DNA of 64,000 nucleotides, taken from positions 2,294,001 to 2,358,000 of the forward strand of contig SMSO01000036.1 of the NCBI GenBank assembly GCA_004764695.1. The letters run 5' to 3'. The notes beneath the pieces are model-generated. The model was not told the origin of the DNA. It searched no databases and worked only from the letters and a program-made list of their open reading frames with translations. Source of the DNA: Schizochytrium sp. TIO01 (taxonomy: Eukaryota; Protista; Bigyra: Labyrinthulomycetes). Positions 47,084 through 57,432 of the stretch are shown here, in pieces. Made by a program: the position numbers and the translations under genes. How positions within the stretch are numbered: position 1 is the first letter of the stretch; each line of letters starts with the position of its first letter.

Positions 47084-50000
47084 ATGAAGACGGCCAAGAC
47101 TTGGGGCATAGCTCCATGGGCCACAACCGGGCTGCTAGCAGCACTTGCAGCTGGGCCTGTGCTGGAACTCTACGAAAGAAGCTCTGTATACCACGGATCA
47201 ATCGGAGTCCCTAGTTTAGACTCTGGCTGGATGTCATTTCCTGGCTCACCGAAGTCGCGAGATTCTGCAGATGTGCAGTACGTTTGGTGGCGTCAAAATG
47301 CGCACTTGACCATTTTGACGATTATGATCATGATTCTCTTCGCAAGAGGCATCGATTTTCTCATGGTCAGATCTGGAATCGTGAATGTTTTGTGGGCTCA
47401 GCGTATACATTTAGGAGTTGATTTGATCCTATCCTCATTATTTCTTTGGAAAATATATGGATTCTACTGGTGGGTCGTTGCGGCGCATGCTCTTAGCTGC
47501 TATGTTATTGTTGTGGTGGGACGCCGCTTCACGTCACGCCCAGCTAGGCTACTTTTCTTGGCGCTTCTCTGGGCAGTGAATGTCGGCTTTATTCTCAACT
47601 CAAGAAACGCTCAAAATCTGATTTCAGATTTCCTTGAACCATATGAGAAAATCGTGCGTGGCCATATTATTACTCGCCTGCTCTATCGCGTGATGTTGAA
47701 TCCGGGGCAGATGCAGTGGCATTCCAATATTCGCTTCGGCCTATTTAGAACTATCGACTTTGGCACGAGTGAACTTTTGCGAGACCCGGAACCACCTGCC
47801 TCTAACGGAAGATCAGAATCAGCCAGGAAGCGGGCAATTCCTGAATGGCTGTCTTTCTTACGCTATGCTACATATGCTCCTCTTGTATGGCAAGGACCGC
47901 TAATAGGATTTCGCACATTTAATATTCAATCACAACGACGCTATCGTGAAGTTGACGGTCGCCTGAGCGTGCTCCCCATACCATGGAGAAAAGTAGGCAA
48001 ACTCACAATCAAATTGGTCATTTCAATTTTTCTTCGGGAGCTATTGGATCATCACTTCTTTGCTAGCATGTTCTTAAAACGAGAGATCCACTTCCAGTTT
48101 CGGTCTGGAGAAATGATTGTCACTGCGTTTATCTATCTTACAAGTTCGTATACCCGAATGCTCATCACCTGGCGCGTCTTTCAGCTCTGGGCTCTCCTGG
48201 ACAACGTGGAGGTAATAGATAATTTCCCGCATTGCCTTTTTCGTAATACATCTGTGGGGGATATGTGGCGCAACACGAATGCTTCAGTCCATGTATGGAT
48301 TCTTGGTAATGTGTATGGGCCAATATGTGAAGTATTTAAGTTTCATCATCGATGGGGCGTTGTGGCCACTTTTGTGTTCATGGCTGTTTGGCATGGCCTT
48401 GATACCTCCTGGATTTATTTTGCAACATTGAATTGTGTAATCATTCTTCTTGAGCAAGCTTGCTCCGAGAGTGATCTTATTCAATCAATTATGCGCCGCT
48501 TCAATAGAGCTACACAACTTCTCATTACAAGCTTCTCCTGGACCCTCCGTGTCTTGCTATTGTGGTTCACATGGATGAATTTCAAGTCTATCCGTGATGA
48601 TCAAATATCATTTCTGCGCCCGCGCCAAATATTTGGTCGTGCATTTTTGGATGATACAGTGGAAAGTGAGATTGCCGAAAAGTTTAACATTGACAACCAT
48701 ATACGACTCTTGGACAGGGCTTTATTTGGAGGTCTTGTGCCTTACCCCACACAGGTACTAGTTGGCACAATCCTATGTTTCATGAGTATTCGTATTCTTG
48801 TTTATTTTTATGATGAATATCCCACTGCAAATCATTCCTCCGCAAACCTTAGAGAGAAAATCCATCAAAACTCTGACGATGAAATCGCTCACCATGCAGC
48901 AACAAGTTTTGACAACAGAATGCACAAAAGATTTCGCGAAATTGCTTCTCAAAATTCACAATCTCTCCGTATGCATGCTCAAACAATTTGTCAAGTTCTT
49001 ACGTGGCGGGCGGAGGATCACCCAGATGAGCCAGCAGCAGTTTGGCTGAAGGACGAAAAGGGTAAAAACACTCTTTCTTTTACTTTTGGAGATCTCTATC
49101 ATCATAGCGTTAATTTGGCTTGGGATCTCATCCATAAGTATGATGTTTTGCCTGGCGATCGTGTTGTACTTGTTTTTTCACCAGGTCTTGAATTTATGGT
49201 CGGTCTATTTGCCTGCATGTATGCTGGGGCAATTGCAGTCCCTGTATACCCTCCGAACCCGCAAGACACTTCTCGAGATTTGGTCTTTCAAGGAATTTTG
49301 AAAGACTGCGAACCAAAGATTATTCTGTCTGATAATAGTTATATGTTTGTCCGTCGCTTAGGCCAAGCTGTGAATGTTGCCAAGAAGATGTTGGCAGCAT
49401 TGCGGGTTCTTTTTGGCGTAGCAGTGCCCATGACAGTTGCTATGCTTTTACAGAGCATTAAGCTATCTATGAAACAAGTCTACCCACGCCGATATATATA
49501 TATCCCAGATGCTGAGTGGCGCGAGCCGGAGGAACCCAGTTTGCCTTCTCACCCGCTGGAATATGCTCTCGTTGTGGGTGCACTCGTGACTAGTATTTGG
49601 TGTGTCGATTTTCGAGATGTTATGGGCGACAAACGTGAACCAAAGGTCCCCATGTCATACGCAAGGATTCCATGGGTACAAGTACAGCCATTTTCCTTCT
49701 GGCACAAAATTAAAAATCATTTCAGCCATAGTAGAGGCAGTCAAGCAATGAAACGGGAACCCCCCGAGTGTACACCTGCTGATGACCCAAGTGCTGTAGC
49801 ATATCTACAGTATACCTCTGGCTCTACAGGTACACCAAAAGGTGTTTGTATTACTCACGAAAACATTATGGACCAAGGGCACTCCAACCAAGTTGCTTTT
49901 GGCTGCCTTGGCCGGGGAGAAACTGCAGTAAATTGGTGTCCTCAGTATCACGATCTCGGTCTTGTGGTTTGCACACTTAGTGGGTTGTATGCAGGAATTC

Positions 50001-51547
50001 GACTTGTAAGCTTCTCTCCATTGGTATTTCTCCGCAACCCACTTCTTTGGGTGCAGACTGTAAGCAAGTACTCTGCGAACTTTTCAGCAGCCCCAAATTT
50101 TGCATATGCCTATACAGCTCGCAAAGCTCGAGCTGCATTAGCTGCAGGCGAATCTCTCGAGGGCCTAAATTTATCATCTTGGCGGGTTGCCGGAAATGGG
50201 GGTGAGCCCGTTCGCGCTAAAGCTCTTGAAGAATTCGCTTCAGTATTTTCTCGCTTTGGTTTTGCCTCTGAGGCTGCATTTCCTTGCTTTGGGCTTGCTG
50301 AGCATACCATTATGGTGTCTGGGCGAAGAGATTTCCGCAAACCAACATATCTGAGCGTGAGCAATCATGCCCTTAGTATGCATCGTGTTGAAATCATTAG
50401 TGAAAGACAAGATGCCAACATGGATAGTGATGATTCATTGACTCTTGTCGGGTGTGGCGAGCCATACGAAAATGTTCAAGTGCTTATTGTTGACCCGAAG
50501 ACACAACTTATGTTGTCAGATCCAACGCGAGAGGTTGGTGAGATATGGCTTGCAAGTCCAAGCGTAGCAGCTGGGTATTGGGGTATGGCCGAGCACGAAA
50601 ATGCGAAAGTATTCGAGGCTCGCCCACATAACTACACATTTAATGCTTCGTTTCTTCGCACGGGTGATCTTGGATTTTTATGGAACGGCGAGCTCTATAT
50701 TTGCGGCCGTTGTAAAGATCTCATCATTATAGATGGTCGCAATATCTATCCTCAAGATATTGAGGCAACAGCTGAACAAGCTGTCTCTCTGCTTCGTCCA
50801 GGCTCTTCAGCTGCTTTCACACAAGACCAACGAGGCCTTTGCTTAGTCGTTGAGCTGCGGCGTGAGTCAAGTGAGGTTGGCATTCCAAAAATTAAGAAAA
50901 TATGCTCTATTGTTCATCAACATGTCCTCAAAGAGCAGCGTGTAAGTGTTTCTGAACTGATTGTCGTCAAATCAGGTACACTTCCGAAGACTTCAAGTGG
51001 GAAGATCCGGCGTCGTGCAGTGGCTGACATGGTGAACCAGCAAGACCCAAAGCTTTTTGGCTCTGTGAAATATCGCGGTTGCGCCAAGGACTTCATCGAC
51101 TCCGAGGGAGACAGCTCTGAAGCAGGTATGTATATAGTTGATGATTTGCTAGATGATCCCACTTACACGGCTATCGTTGAATGTATCTTATCATCAGCGC
51201 CAGAAGACGCACATTTTGTCGCCTCAAGGAGGCTGCAAAAAGAAGATGACGAGGATGAATGGTATGCAGCAGAGAAGGAACGCAGAATGAAAAAAATGAT
51301 TACTATCAAAGAAATTGAAGCAGCCTATAAGGAGTCAATTCTCCATAAAACGCTTGATGAGATTCTTAGTCCTTCCAGTGGTAAGAATTCATCTTCATTC
51401 TCATCGCTTGAAGCGGTTCAATTCGCAGCTACTTTGCAGAAAAAGTTAGAGCTCCGTGGCATTGATGTCAAGCTACCACCGGACGTCGCATTCTGTCATC
51501 CCAGTGTTGGGGCGCTAGCATTATATATTTACGACGCAGATGCTTAA
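47084..51547 (+). CDS. MBOAT (GUP1/HHAT-like) - fatty acyl-AMP ligase - acyl carrier domain fusion protein, ~1487 aa
   Basis: One uninterrupted ORF, first ATG 47084. MBOAT: DSADVQY, YAPLVWQGP, MWRNTNASVH..W, TFVFMAVWHG. FAAL: YLQYTSGSTGTPKG, WCPQYHDLGL, FGLAEHT plus insertion, RTGDLGF, GRNIYPQDIE, PKTSSGKIRR. Carrier: FSSLEAVQFAATL...FCHPSVGALA. Confidence 0.9.
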   Translation: MKTAKTWGIAPWATTGLLAALAAGPVLELYERSSVYHGSIGVPSLDSGWMSFPGSPKSRDSADVQYVWWRQNAHLTILTIMIMILFARGIDFLMVRSGIVNVLWAQRIHLGVDLILSSLFLWKIYGFYWWVVAAHALSCYVIVVVGRRFTSRPARLLFLALLWAVNVGFILNSRNAQNLISDFLEPYEKIVRGHIITRLLYRVMLNPGQMQWHSNIRFGLFRTIDFGTSELLRDPEPPASNGRSESARKRAIPEWLSFLRYATYAPLVWQGPLIGFRTFNIQSQRRYREVDGRLSVLPIPWRKVGKLTIKLVISIFLRELLDHHFFASMFLKREIHFQFRSGEMIVTAFIYLTSSYTRMLITWRVFQLWALLDNVEVIDNFPHCLFRNTSVGDMWRNTNASVHVWILGNVYGPICEVFKFHHRWGVVATFVFMAVWHGLDTSWIYFATLNCVIILLEQACSESDLIQSIMRRFNRATQLLITSFSWTLRVLLLWFTWMNFKSIRDDQISFLRPRQIFGRAFLDDTVESEIAEKFNIDNHIRLLDRALFGGLVPYPTQVLVGTILCFMSIRILVYFYDEYPTANHSSANLREKIHQNSDDEIAHHAATSFDNRMHKRFREIASQNSQSLRMHAQTICQVLTWRAEDHPDEPAAVWLKDEKGKNTLSFTFGDLYHHSVNLAWDLIHKYDVLPGDRVVLVFSPGLEFMVGLFACMYAGAIAVPVYPPNPQDTSRDLVFQGILKDCEPKIILSDNSYMFVRRLGQAVNVAKKMLAALRVLFGVAVPMTVAMLLQSIKLSMKQVYPRRYIYIPDAEWREPEEPSLPSHPLEYALVVGALVTSIWCVDFRDVMGDKREPKVPMSYARIPWVQVQPFSFWHKIKNHFSHSRGSQAMKREPPECTPADDPSAVAYLQYTSGSTGTPKGVCITHENIMDQGHSNQVAFGCLGRGETAVNWCPQYHDLGLVVCTLSGLYAGIRLVSFSPLVFLRNPLLWVQTVSKYSANFSAAPNFAYAYTARKARAALAAGESLEGLNLSSWRVAGNGGEPVRAKALEEFASVFSRFGFASEAAFPCFGLAEHTIMVSGRRDFRKPTYLSVSNHALSMHRVEIISERQDANMDSDDSLTLVGCGEPYENVQVLIVDPKTQLMLSDPTREVGEIWLASPSVAAGYWGMAEHENAKVFEARPHNYTFNASFLRTGDLGFLWNGELYICGRCKDLIIIDGRNIYPQDIEATAEQAVSLLRPGSSAAFTQDQRGLCLVVELRRESSEVGIPKIKKICSIVHQHVLKEQRVSVSELIVVKSGTLPKTSSGKIRRRAVADMVNQQDPKLFGSVKYRGCAKDFIDSEGDSSEAGMYIVDDLLDDPTYTAIVECILSSAPEDAHFVASRRLQKEDDEDEWYAAEKERRMKKMITIKEIEAAYKESILHKTLDEILSPSSGKNSSSFSSLEAVQFAATLQKKLELRGIDVKLPPDVAFCHPSVGALALYIYDADA

Positions 51548-52138
51548 AAGATCCTATTTAATAGTTGGAGCTACTTTTCTCGGTACAACTAAAGCAGAAT
51601 TAGACTTTGTGCAAACATGTAATGATTTTTTTTTTTTGTTTTTGTAAAAATATAATTGTTTCTAATTAGATCATGCGTGTTTTGTTGTCCGTGTATTTTT
51701 AATATAGTTGTTGCTAGACAGAGTGAGGATGGAAGAGCTGGAGTTAAAGTCACATGATATCTGATAATGATGATATAGAAAGGAGTGAAGAAAGTAGAAG
51801 TAGACGTGGTGGTTAAAAGAGGGGAGCGGTTGATCGCTTGCTAATCATAACAATCCTGGAAAGAATCTTTCTCAGGGAACGTGATTTTTCACTTTGCCAG
51901 ACTTCGAGAAGTGTTAAGCAGAGTTGATTGTAGAAATGTCGAAACCTGACAATTTCTAAGGACTCACCAGTAACCCAAACGAAACTCTCAAGGGCAGCGA
52001 TGTCAATCACGTTGCATATTCTTTCCTCAAATCGTGGCATGCTCGTAGCAAGCAAGCTGTTCCTTGCGTTGCGAGAGAGTTTCAGGCAGCCGGGCTCGCC
52101 TTGAAGGCGAATGAGCTTGCCTCGAGGATCAGTCTTCA

Positions 52139-52510
52139 TTAGAACCTCCTTGGGCCGCCGCGGCCACCCCGGCCACCGCGACCTCCTCGGCCCCGGCCTC
52201 TACCACGAGCTCCACCGCGAGCTCCACCAGTAGCTCCACGCGGGGTCTTCTGTTTTGGAGTATCATCCACGAGCAAGTTATCGAGCTGCAAGCTGTCAGG
52301 CAAGATGTAGTATCGAATAGTGTTGCCACGAATGCTGAGCGAGTCGAGAAGCACAGGCGTGCGGCCCTTGATAGTCATCTTGACGGACTTGAGGTGCGTA
52401 TTCATGCTCATGTCAACGCCAGTAATGGTCCCGGTTACCACGGTGCCGTTTTTGAGCTCAATAATCACCGTCTCATTCACGAGACGCATCAAAAACCGTA
52501 CGAGCTTCAT
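52139..52510 (-). CDS. SNRPD1: Small nuclear ribonucleoprotein Sm D1, 123 aa
   Basis: MKLVRFLM...[21 protein letters not shown]...[16 protein letters not shown], with RG-rich tail. ATG at 52510. Confidence 0.97.
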   Translation of the reverse strand: MKLVRFLMRLVNETVIIELKNGTVVTGTITGVDMSMNTHLKSVKMTIKGRTPVLLDSLSIRGNTIRYYILPDSLQLDNLLVDDTPKQKTPRGATGGARGGARGRGRGRGGRGGRGGRGGPRRF

Positions 52511-53794
52511 CTTAGCTGCAAATATCAAATACTTTCTACGCACGCGAGATCCACAGGTCTTCGAGGCGCCAAAGAAACTTCAAGAGAAAATGGCAGTCCA
52601 GGGTTTGTCACACTGGAAGCGACGCTGCTGACGCTGGACGAAGTTGGCAGGTAGCTTATAGATCGCGCGAGAGAACGTGACGAATCCACGAGGACGAACG
52701 AGCAGTGAAAGAGAAACGACCGCTGTGCTCGCACAGGAACCTCAACTAGACGGGCTGCAAGAACGACGCCACCGCACCGCAGACAGAGGCTAGAAACCGC
52801 TCCAGGGTCGGGGATCGATTGATTGAGATTTGGTTGCCTGATCGCCACGCTTTGGTCTTCAGATAGTCGTAGGTACTAAACAATTAAGAAGTCCTAGAAG
52901 ACACCATAAAGTTTTGGTTAGGCGATATTAGGAGTGTCCTATGCGATGGAAGGCTGAGGATTATTGCAAATGTAAATGCTGATGAAGGAGATTTTGGGAA
53001 TGAGATTGGGAACTCTGACAGAAAGCGTATAGCATGCATACACTCGTTGCAAAATATTAGAAACGATTAATGTACAGGGCTGCAAGTGGGAAATGTTATG
53101 ATTCGGTTAAGTCCTGAATGTGTTGTAGAATGTATAAGCGATGAGAAATTTGGGAACTTTGATAGCTGAAAAAATCTGCGGATGAGGATTTGATTGAAAT
53201 CTTAAGTCGATGCAGAATAGTCTAAATCCAAATTACAGGGCTTGATGGATATCGGAGATAGGTGAAGTCGTCATATGAAACTGTAAATAAATATGAAAAG
53301 AGATCCTGGAAACCACAAAATGAAAAAATACATTTTGATCAGAGATGTAACAATAGATTCTTCTACAACTTTCTATTGATTCGAGGTTATTTACTCAGAG
53401 ATAAATATATTGCTTCCTTTTCCAAAAGCACTATATATCTAAGCCTTAATAAATCCATATTTCCCTGAGCGCACATTGTACTTACTTTGATGAGAAAGTA
53501 ATATTGGCGAGGAAGTTTGATGATACCTTTAGAGTATAGGCCAACCCGTCAACTCTGTATAGATCCAAATTCAATCTACACGCTTGCCAAAAATAGAAAG
53601 CTAATAAAAAGATAAAGGTAATTGTAATTTAAATGACTAAATTCATTCACTTTGAACTCAGAGTGCAGGGCTGTAATATCGCTGGCCGCGTCGAGGCAGT
53701 CTTTCATGACACGCTGCTGAAAGGTGATACTGACGCTTCTCTCTCTACCATGCCCAATTCTGTTTTCCCACATTTACCTAAGTAGATAACGGAA

Positions 53795-54421
53795 TCAGCT
53801 AATCCCTTGGTTTAAGTTGGAAAGCTTTTTTATTTGGGTTTCAACAATACTCCCGTCACTCATGACAACACGGACTTTCACAGCCGCTTCAACGAAAGCG
53901 CTCTGAGCACCTGAAAAAACAATACTCAGCCGGTTCCGTCTTTCTCGACGCCGAATAACATTTACTCGACGAAAAATGATCTGCTGCGCATTTGGCAGTT
54001 GGAGGATTGAAAGGTTGTCTTCATCAATTTTAATCAGGAACTCCATCAATGTTCCTTTTAATTTTGACGTGCAGTCAATCAGTGCCAAGTGCATTGATGA
54101 AAGTGGTTTCTTGGTCTTGGTTTCAATTGCCATTGCATACACCGCTTCCATAGTGTCCAAATTCGGTTGACTTTGTTTGTCTAGCAAAGATTCTCTTGTA
54201 TGCAGGCTCTGCTTCGAAGTTTTGACCCGCTTGACAGCCTCATGGGCTTTGCTTTCGCAACACGAGTCAGAAATTCGAAGTCTTTTGCACCTAACGATCG
54301 ATGTCAGACACACATCTCGACAGTTTTGGAGGGAGTGAATGGCATGCTTCCAACTCTCCTCAATTTCACCAAGGTTCGGACACTCTTTGAAGGGAATGCT
54401 CAAGGTCGAAGTATTGGGCAT
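53795..54421 (-). CDS. Hypothetical protein, 208 aa
   Basis: ATG ORF of 627 nt in AT-rich surroundings; no recognisable motif. Confidence 0.45.
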   Translation of the reverse strand: MPNTSTLSIPFKECPNLGEIEESWKHAIHSLQNCRDVCLTSIVRCKRLRISDSCCESKAHEAVKRVKTSKQSLHTRESLLDKQSQPNLDTMEAVYAMAIETKTKKPLSSMHLALIDCTSKLKGTLMEFLIKIDEDNLSILQLPNAQQIIFRRVNVIRRRERRNRLSIVFSGAQSAFVEAAVKVRVVMSDGSIVETQIKKLSNLNQGIS

Positions 54422-55605
54422 TTAATTGCTAGAAATATTCAAGCGCACAAATATCTCACCTGTTAGCAACAAAAAAAAATCCAGGACTGATGATTAAAAT
54501 TGGGGTTCAACAAACAAACCAGATATAGAGCAGACACCTATATGAAAATTCACTTCACGGTATACGGGTTTGCTTCAATTGTCACCTACCTGGAAAATCA
54601 TTGAAGTAGATGGTGCGTGTTATTGCATTAAAGGGTGTAAGAGGGATAAAGAAAACCTCCCAATGGAGAAAACTATTCCTAACATACCTCCTAACAACCC
54701 CTACGCTATTTTTTTTTTTTCTTTCGATTAGTTCTCCGCTACACGTACCTAGGCAGACTCTATTCAGATGGGGGTCAGATGGAGGTCAGGTGAGAACAAA
54801 TCAAAACAAAGTCACACATGGCTTTTACTCAATATGTTCTCCATCAGTCGAATCCAATTACTAATCTCATCTACTTTTGGGTAAAGAAAAATATATGTTA
54901 CTTTTGTTAATTTGTTGGAGTTGGTTATCCCTGCTTCATGCTAATTCTCATCTCTCAATTTTGCTTGTCTATATGTCTCCGGTTTCATAAAGATATTCGT
55001 GGATACTTATGTAGCAGGATTGTACGAATTTTCGAGTACAGTGTTTTCAAGTCAAGGTGGAATTTTGACAAGTTTGATGTAGAAAATGAAAAGCTATAGC
55101 GAGAGTAGCGAGAGAATGGTCATTAAATAACCAAATGTAGTGAAATAGTATGAAGAGTTGAGTTTCAGGAGGAATCGGAAGAAGCGCTGTGCACAGTTTG
55201 TATAGCTACTCTCCTTACAAAAACAATCTCAGGTGTTAGTGCTATCATGTTGATAAGGAGAGTCATGAGCTATACCACTGATCAACTATAAAGCTGCTGA
55301 TTTCTCGATTGCCTGCGGGGATTGATACTTCGATGTGATACTTCATTATTCTTAAACCCAACAATCCAAGAAAACATATCGATCAGCCTAACAAAAGTTT
55401 TAATATTATTAACAAGACATGGCACTAGACCAAGGTCTTGGCTCAGTCTGGATCAAATTAGCATGTCCGTTAAAGGAACTCGAAGCAAGTAAGTACTCTA
55501 GAGTGCTTGCTGTTTCTTGACGCGATAGCTGAAATGTGTGAAGCACTAGAAATACAACCAGAGGTTTACGAATGTAAATTATTTCCGTCCAAATTTAGTT
55601 ATACG

Positions 55606-57432
55606 TCACGGCCGTGGAGCAAATGTACTGGAAGCTGATGTAGGTCGAGAAGTCGTTAATTTAACCATAAGTGGAGATGCTTCGCTGAGGTTTGATTGAC
55701 GTCCTGATAATGGTGGGTTCCAATCAAAAGATCCAATATCTTGCTGAGTTTGAGAGCTCGCAGAGCTGGGGCGACGACCTGACAATGGGCCGTGAGAGTC
55801 ACCATTATTCATGGTAGAAATCCCAAGGGGCACAACAGGCTGCATAGACATCATTCCAGGCAAAGGCCCACCAAGTGGGGAAAAGGTACCCATGAGGCTA
55901 CTTAGCCTGGCAAGGTCTGGACAAATTTGAAAAAAGACGGATAGCTTGCCCTGGTCATTAAGAGAATTCCATGCTGCGAGTGCCTGGTCTTCCAGCTCGT
56001 TCTGACGACGACGATCAGCCTGTTTCATTGATCCTCGCCGACTATGGCGATCTCCACTCCTATCTACACCCATTACAGCGCGGCTTAAGTGGTCATTTGG
56101 ACTGAGCGAAACATCGTCTGACATACTTGAGGAAGATCTACTCAAAGCTTTACTGCCAAGCATTGGGATTCCACGTGATGAAACATCATGCAAACCGTCC
56201 CCCATGCTTGTGTGTGGCCGTTTTACACCTCGGTTAAACTGTGGTGAAGAGTCCATAGAATGTGACGGCTCACGAGCAAGTGAGCGTAGAGGGTCTCCCT
56301 GGTCATCTGCCAATCCTCCAGAGAATGGATTTTCCTGCTTTTCTTGGGCCAGAACAAAAGCTTTCAGATCAACAGGCGTGAAGGGAGGGTAGTAGTTACC
56401 CGTAATGCCAAAGTTCTCAACTGCAAGTTTACGTTGGTCGCTATACCTCTTGTCATGGTCCTTGATAACATCCTTCCGACGATCGCCGCCACCCTTCACA
56501 AACTGATGATTAAATTTACTCAGAATTTTGAACGCACGTGTTCGTGCACAATTTTCTACGCGAGCAGGAGCCTCCAGAGCAGCTCTGCCTTGGGCATCTG
56601 CGCGTTCAAGAAGTTCTGCTGCCTGCTGTGCTGACTCAAGAGAGTCTGTAGCGGTTAAGTGAGCCTGGTTGTGGCGAATTGGGTCACGGAGACGGACGAC
56701 GGCGTGAAAGATGTTCATTTTGCGTGGAATGCTCGAATCGCGATCGCACTGCATTGTAACAAGAATTCGCAAAGGGCTACCAACTTTATAAGGACCTACC
56801 ATGGCGTTCACTTGCGCCACTGGGGAAGCCTTGGGCCCTTGGCGACCCAGGTCGACAAATTTAATGCGTTGATCTTGTGGCAATGGCCATCCCTGTGTGA
56901 CAAAGGTTTGAACCACTTGGTCTTGCCGCACGAGATCAATCGCAAGTCGTGCAAGCGTGAAGTGAAGCTCCTGATCCTTTGGCAAAATCAGCAAAAACGA
57001 AAACACAAGCCAGGACCGACCTGCCAGACTCTTAAAGACTTCATGAGGTGGCTCGTGCTCGATAAGCACATCAAGCGAGCGATCCTCAGGAGGCATCGAC
57101 TGTGCAATGACGCGAAGAAGCTGTTGGTCTCCGGGAAGATCAGTACTTACATCAAAACCTGCAGGCTCGTCGTCTTCATTGTGATTATTTTCGTCGCTGC
57201 TGGAGCATTCACCATCATTGTTGCGAGTCTCACCAACCTGTACAGCAACTGCTTCTTCAAGCTGATCACTCCCTTCAACATTGAACAGTCGCTGCATTGC
57301 AAGAGTCTGATCGAAGTCTTCCGCCTCGATGCCCATATGTTTGGCAGAGATATTGGGCTGCACGTCCAAGTTGGGCTGGATGGGGATATTCTCCTGTTGT
57401 GGTTGCATCATGGGATCCACATAAGACGCCAT
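55606..57432 (-). CDS. Hypothetical protein, 608 aa, possibly a transcription factor with an Ig-fold DNA-binding core
   Basis: Intact ORF. Disordered Q/acidic N-terminus and Ser-rich C-terminus flank a globular core from LIEHEPPHEVF to TRAFKILSK. Confidence 0.75.
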   Translation of the reverse strand: MASYVDPMMQPQQENIPIQPNLDVQPNISAKHMGIEAEDFDQTLAMQRLFNVEGSDQLEEAVAVQVGETRNNDGECSSSDENNHNEDDEPAGFDVSTDLPGDQQLLRVIAQSMPPEDRSLDVLIEHEPPHEVFKSLAGRSWLVFSFLLILPKDQELHFTLARLAIDLVRQDQVVQTFVTQGWPLPQDQRIKFVDLGRQGPKASPVAQVNAMVGPYKVGSPLRILVTMQCDRDSSIPRKMNIFHAVVRLRDPIRHNQAHLTATDSLESAQQAAELLERADAQGRAALEAPARVENCARTRAFKILSKFNHQFVKGGGDRRKDVIKDHDKRYSDQRKLAVENFGITGNYYPPFTPVDLKAFVLAQEKQENPFSGGLADDQGDPLRSLAREPSHSMDSSPQFNRGVKRPHTSMGDGLHDVSSRGIPMLGSKALSRSSSSMSDDVSLSPNDHLSRAVMGVDRSGDRHSRRGSMKQADRRRQNELEDQALAAWNSLNDQGKLSVFFQICPDLARLSSLMGTFSPLGGPLPGMMSMQPVVPLGISTMNNGDSHGPLSGRRPSSASSQTQQDIGSFDWNPPLSGRQSNLSEASPLMVKLTTSRPTSASSTFAPRP

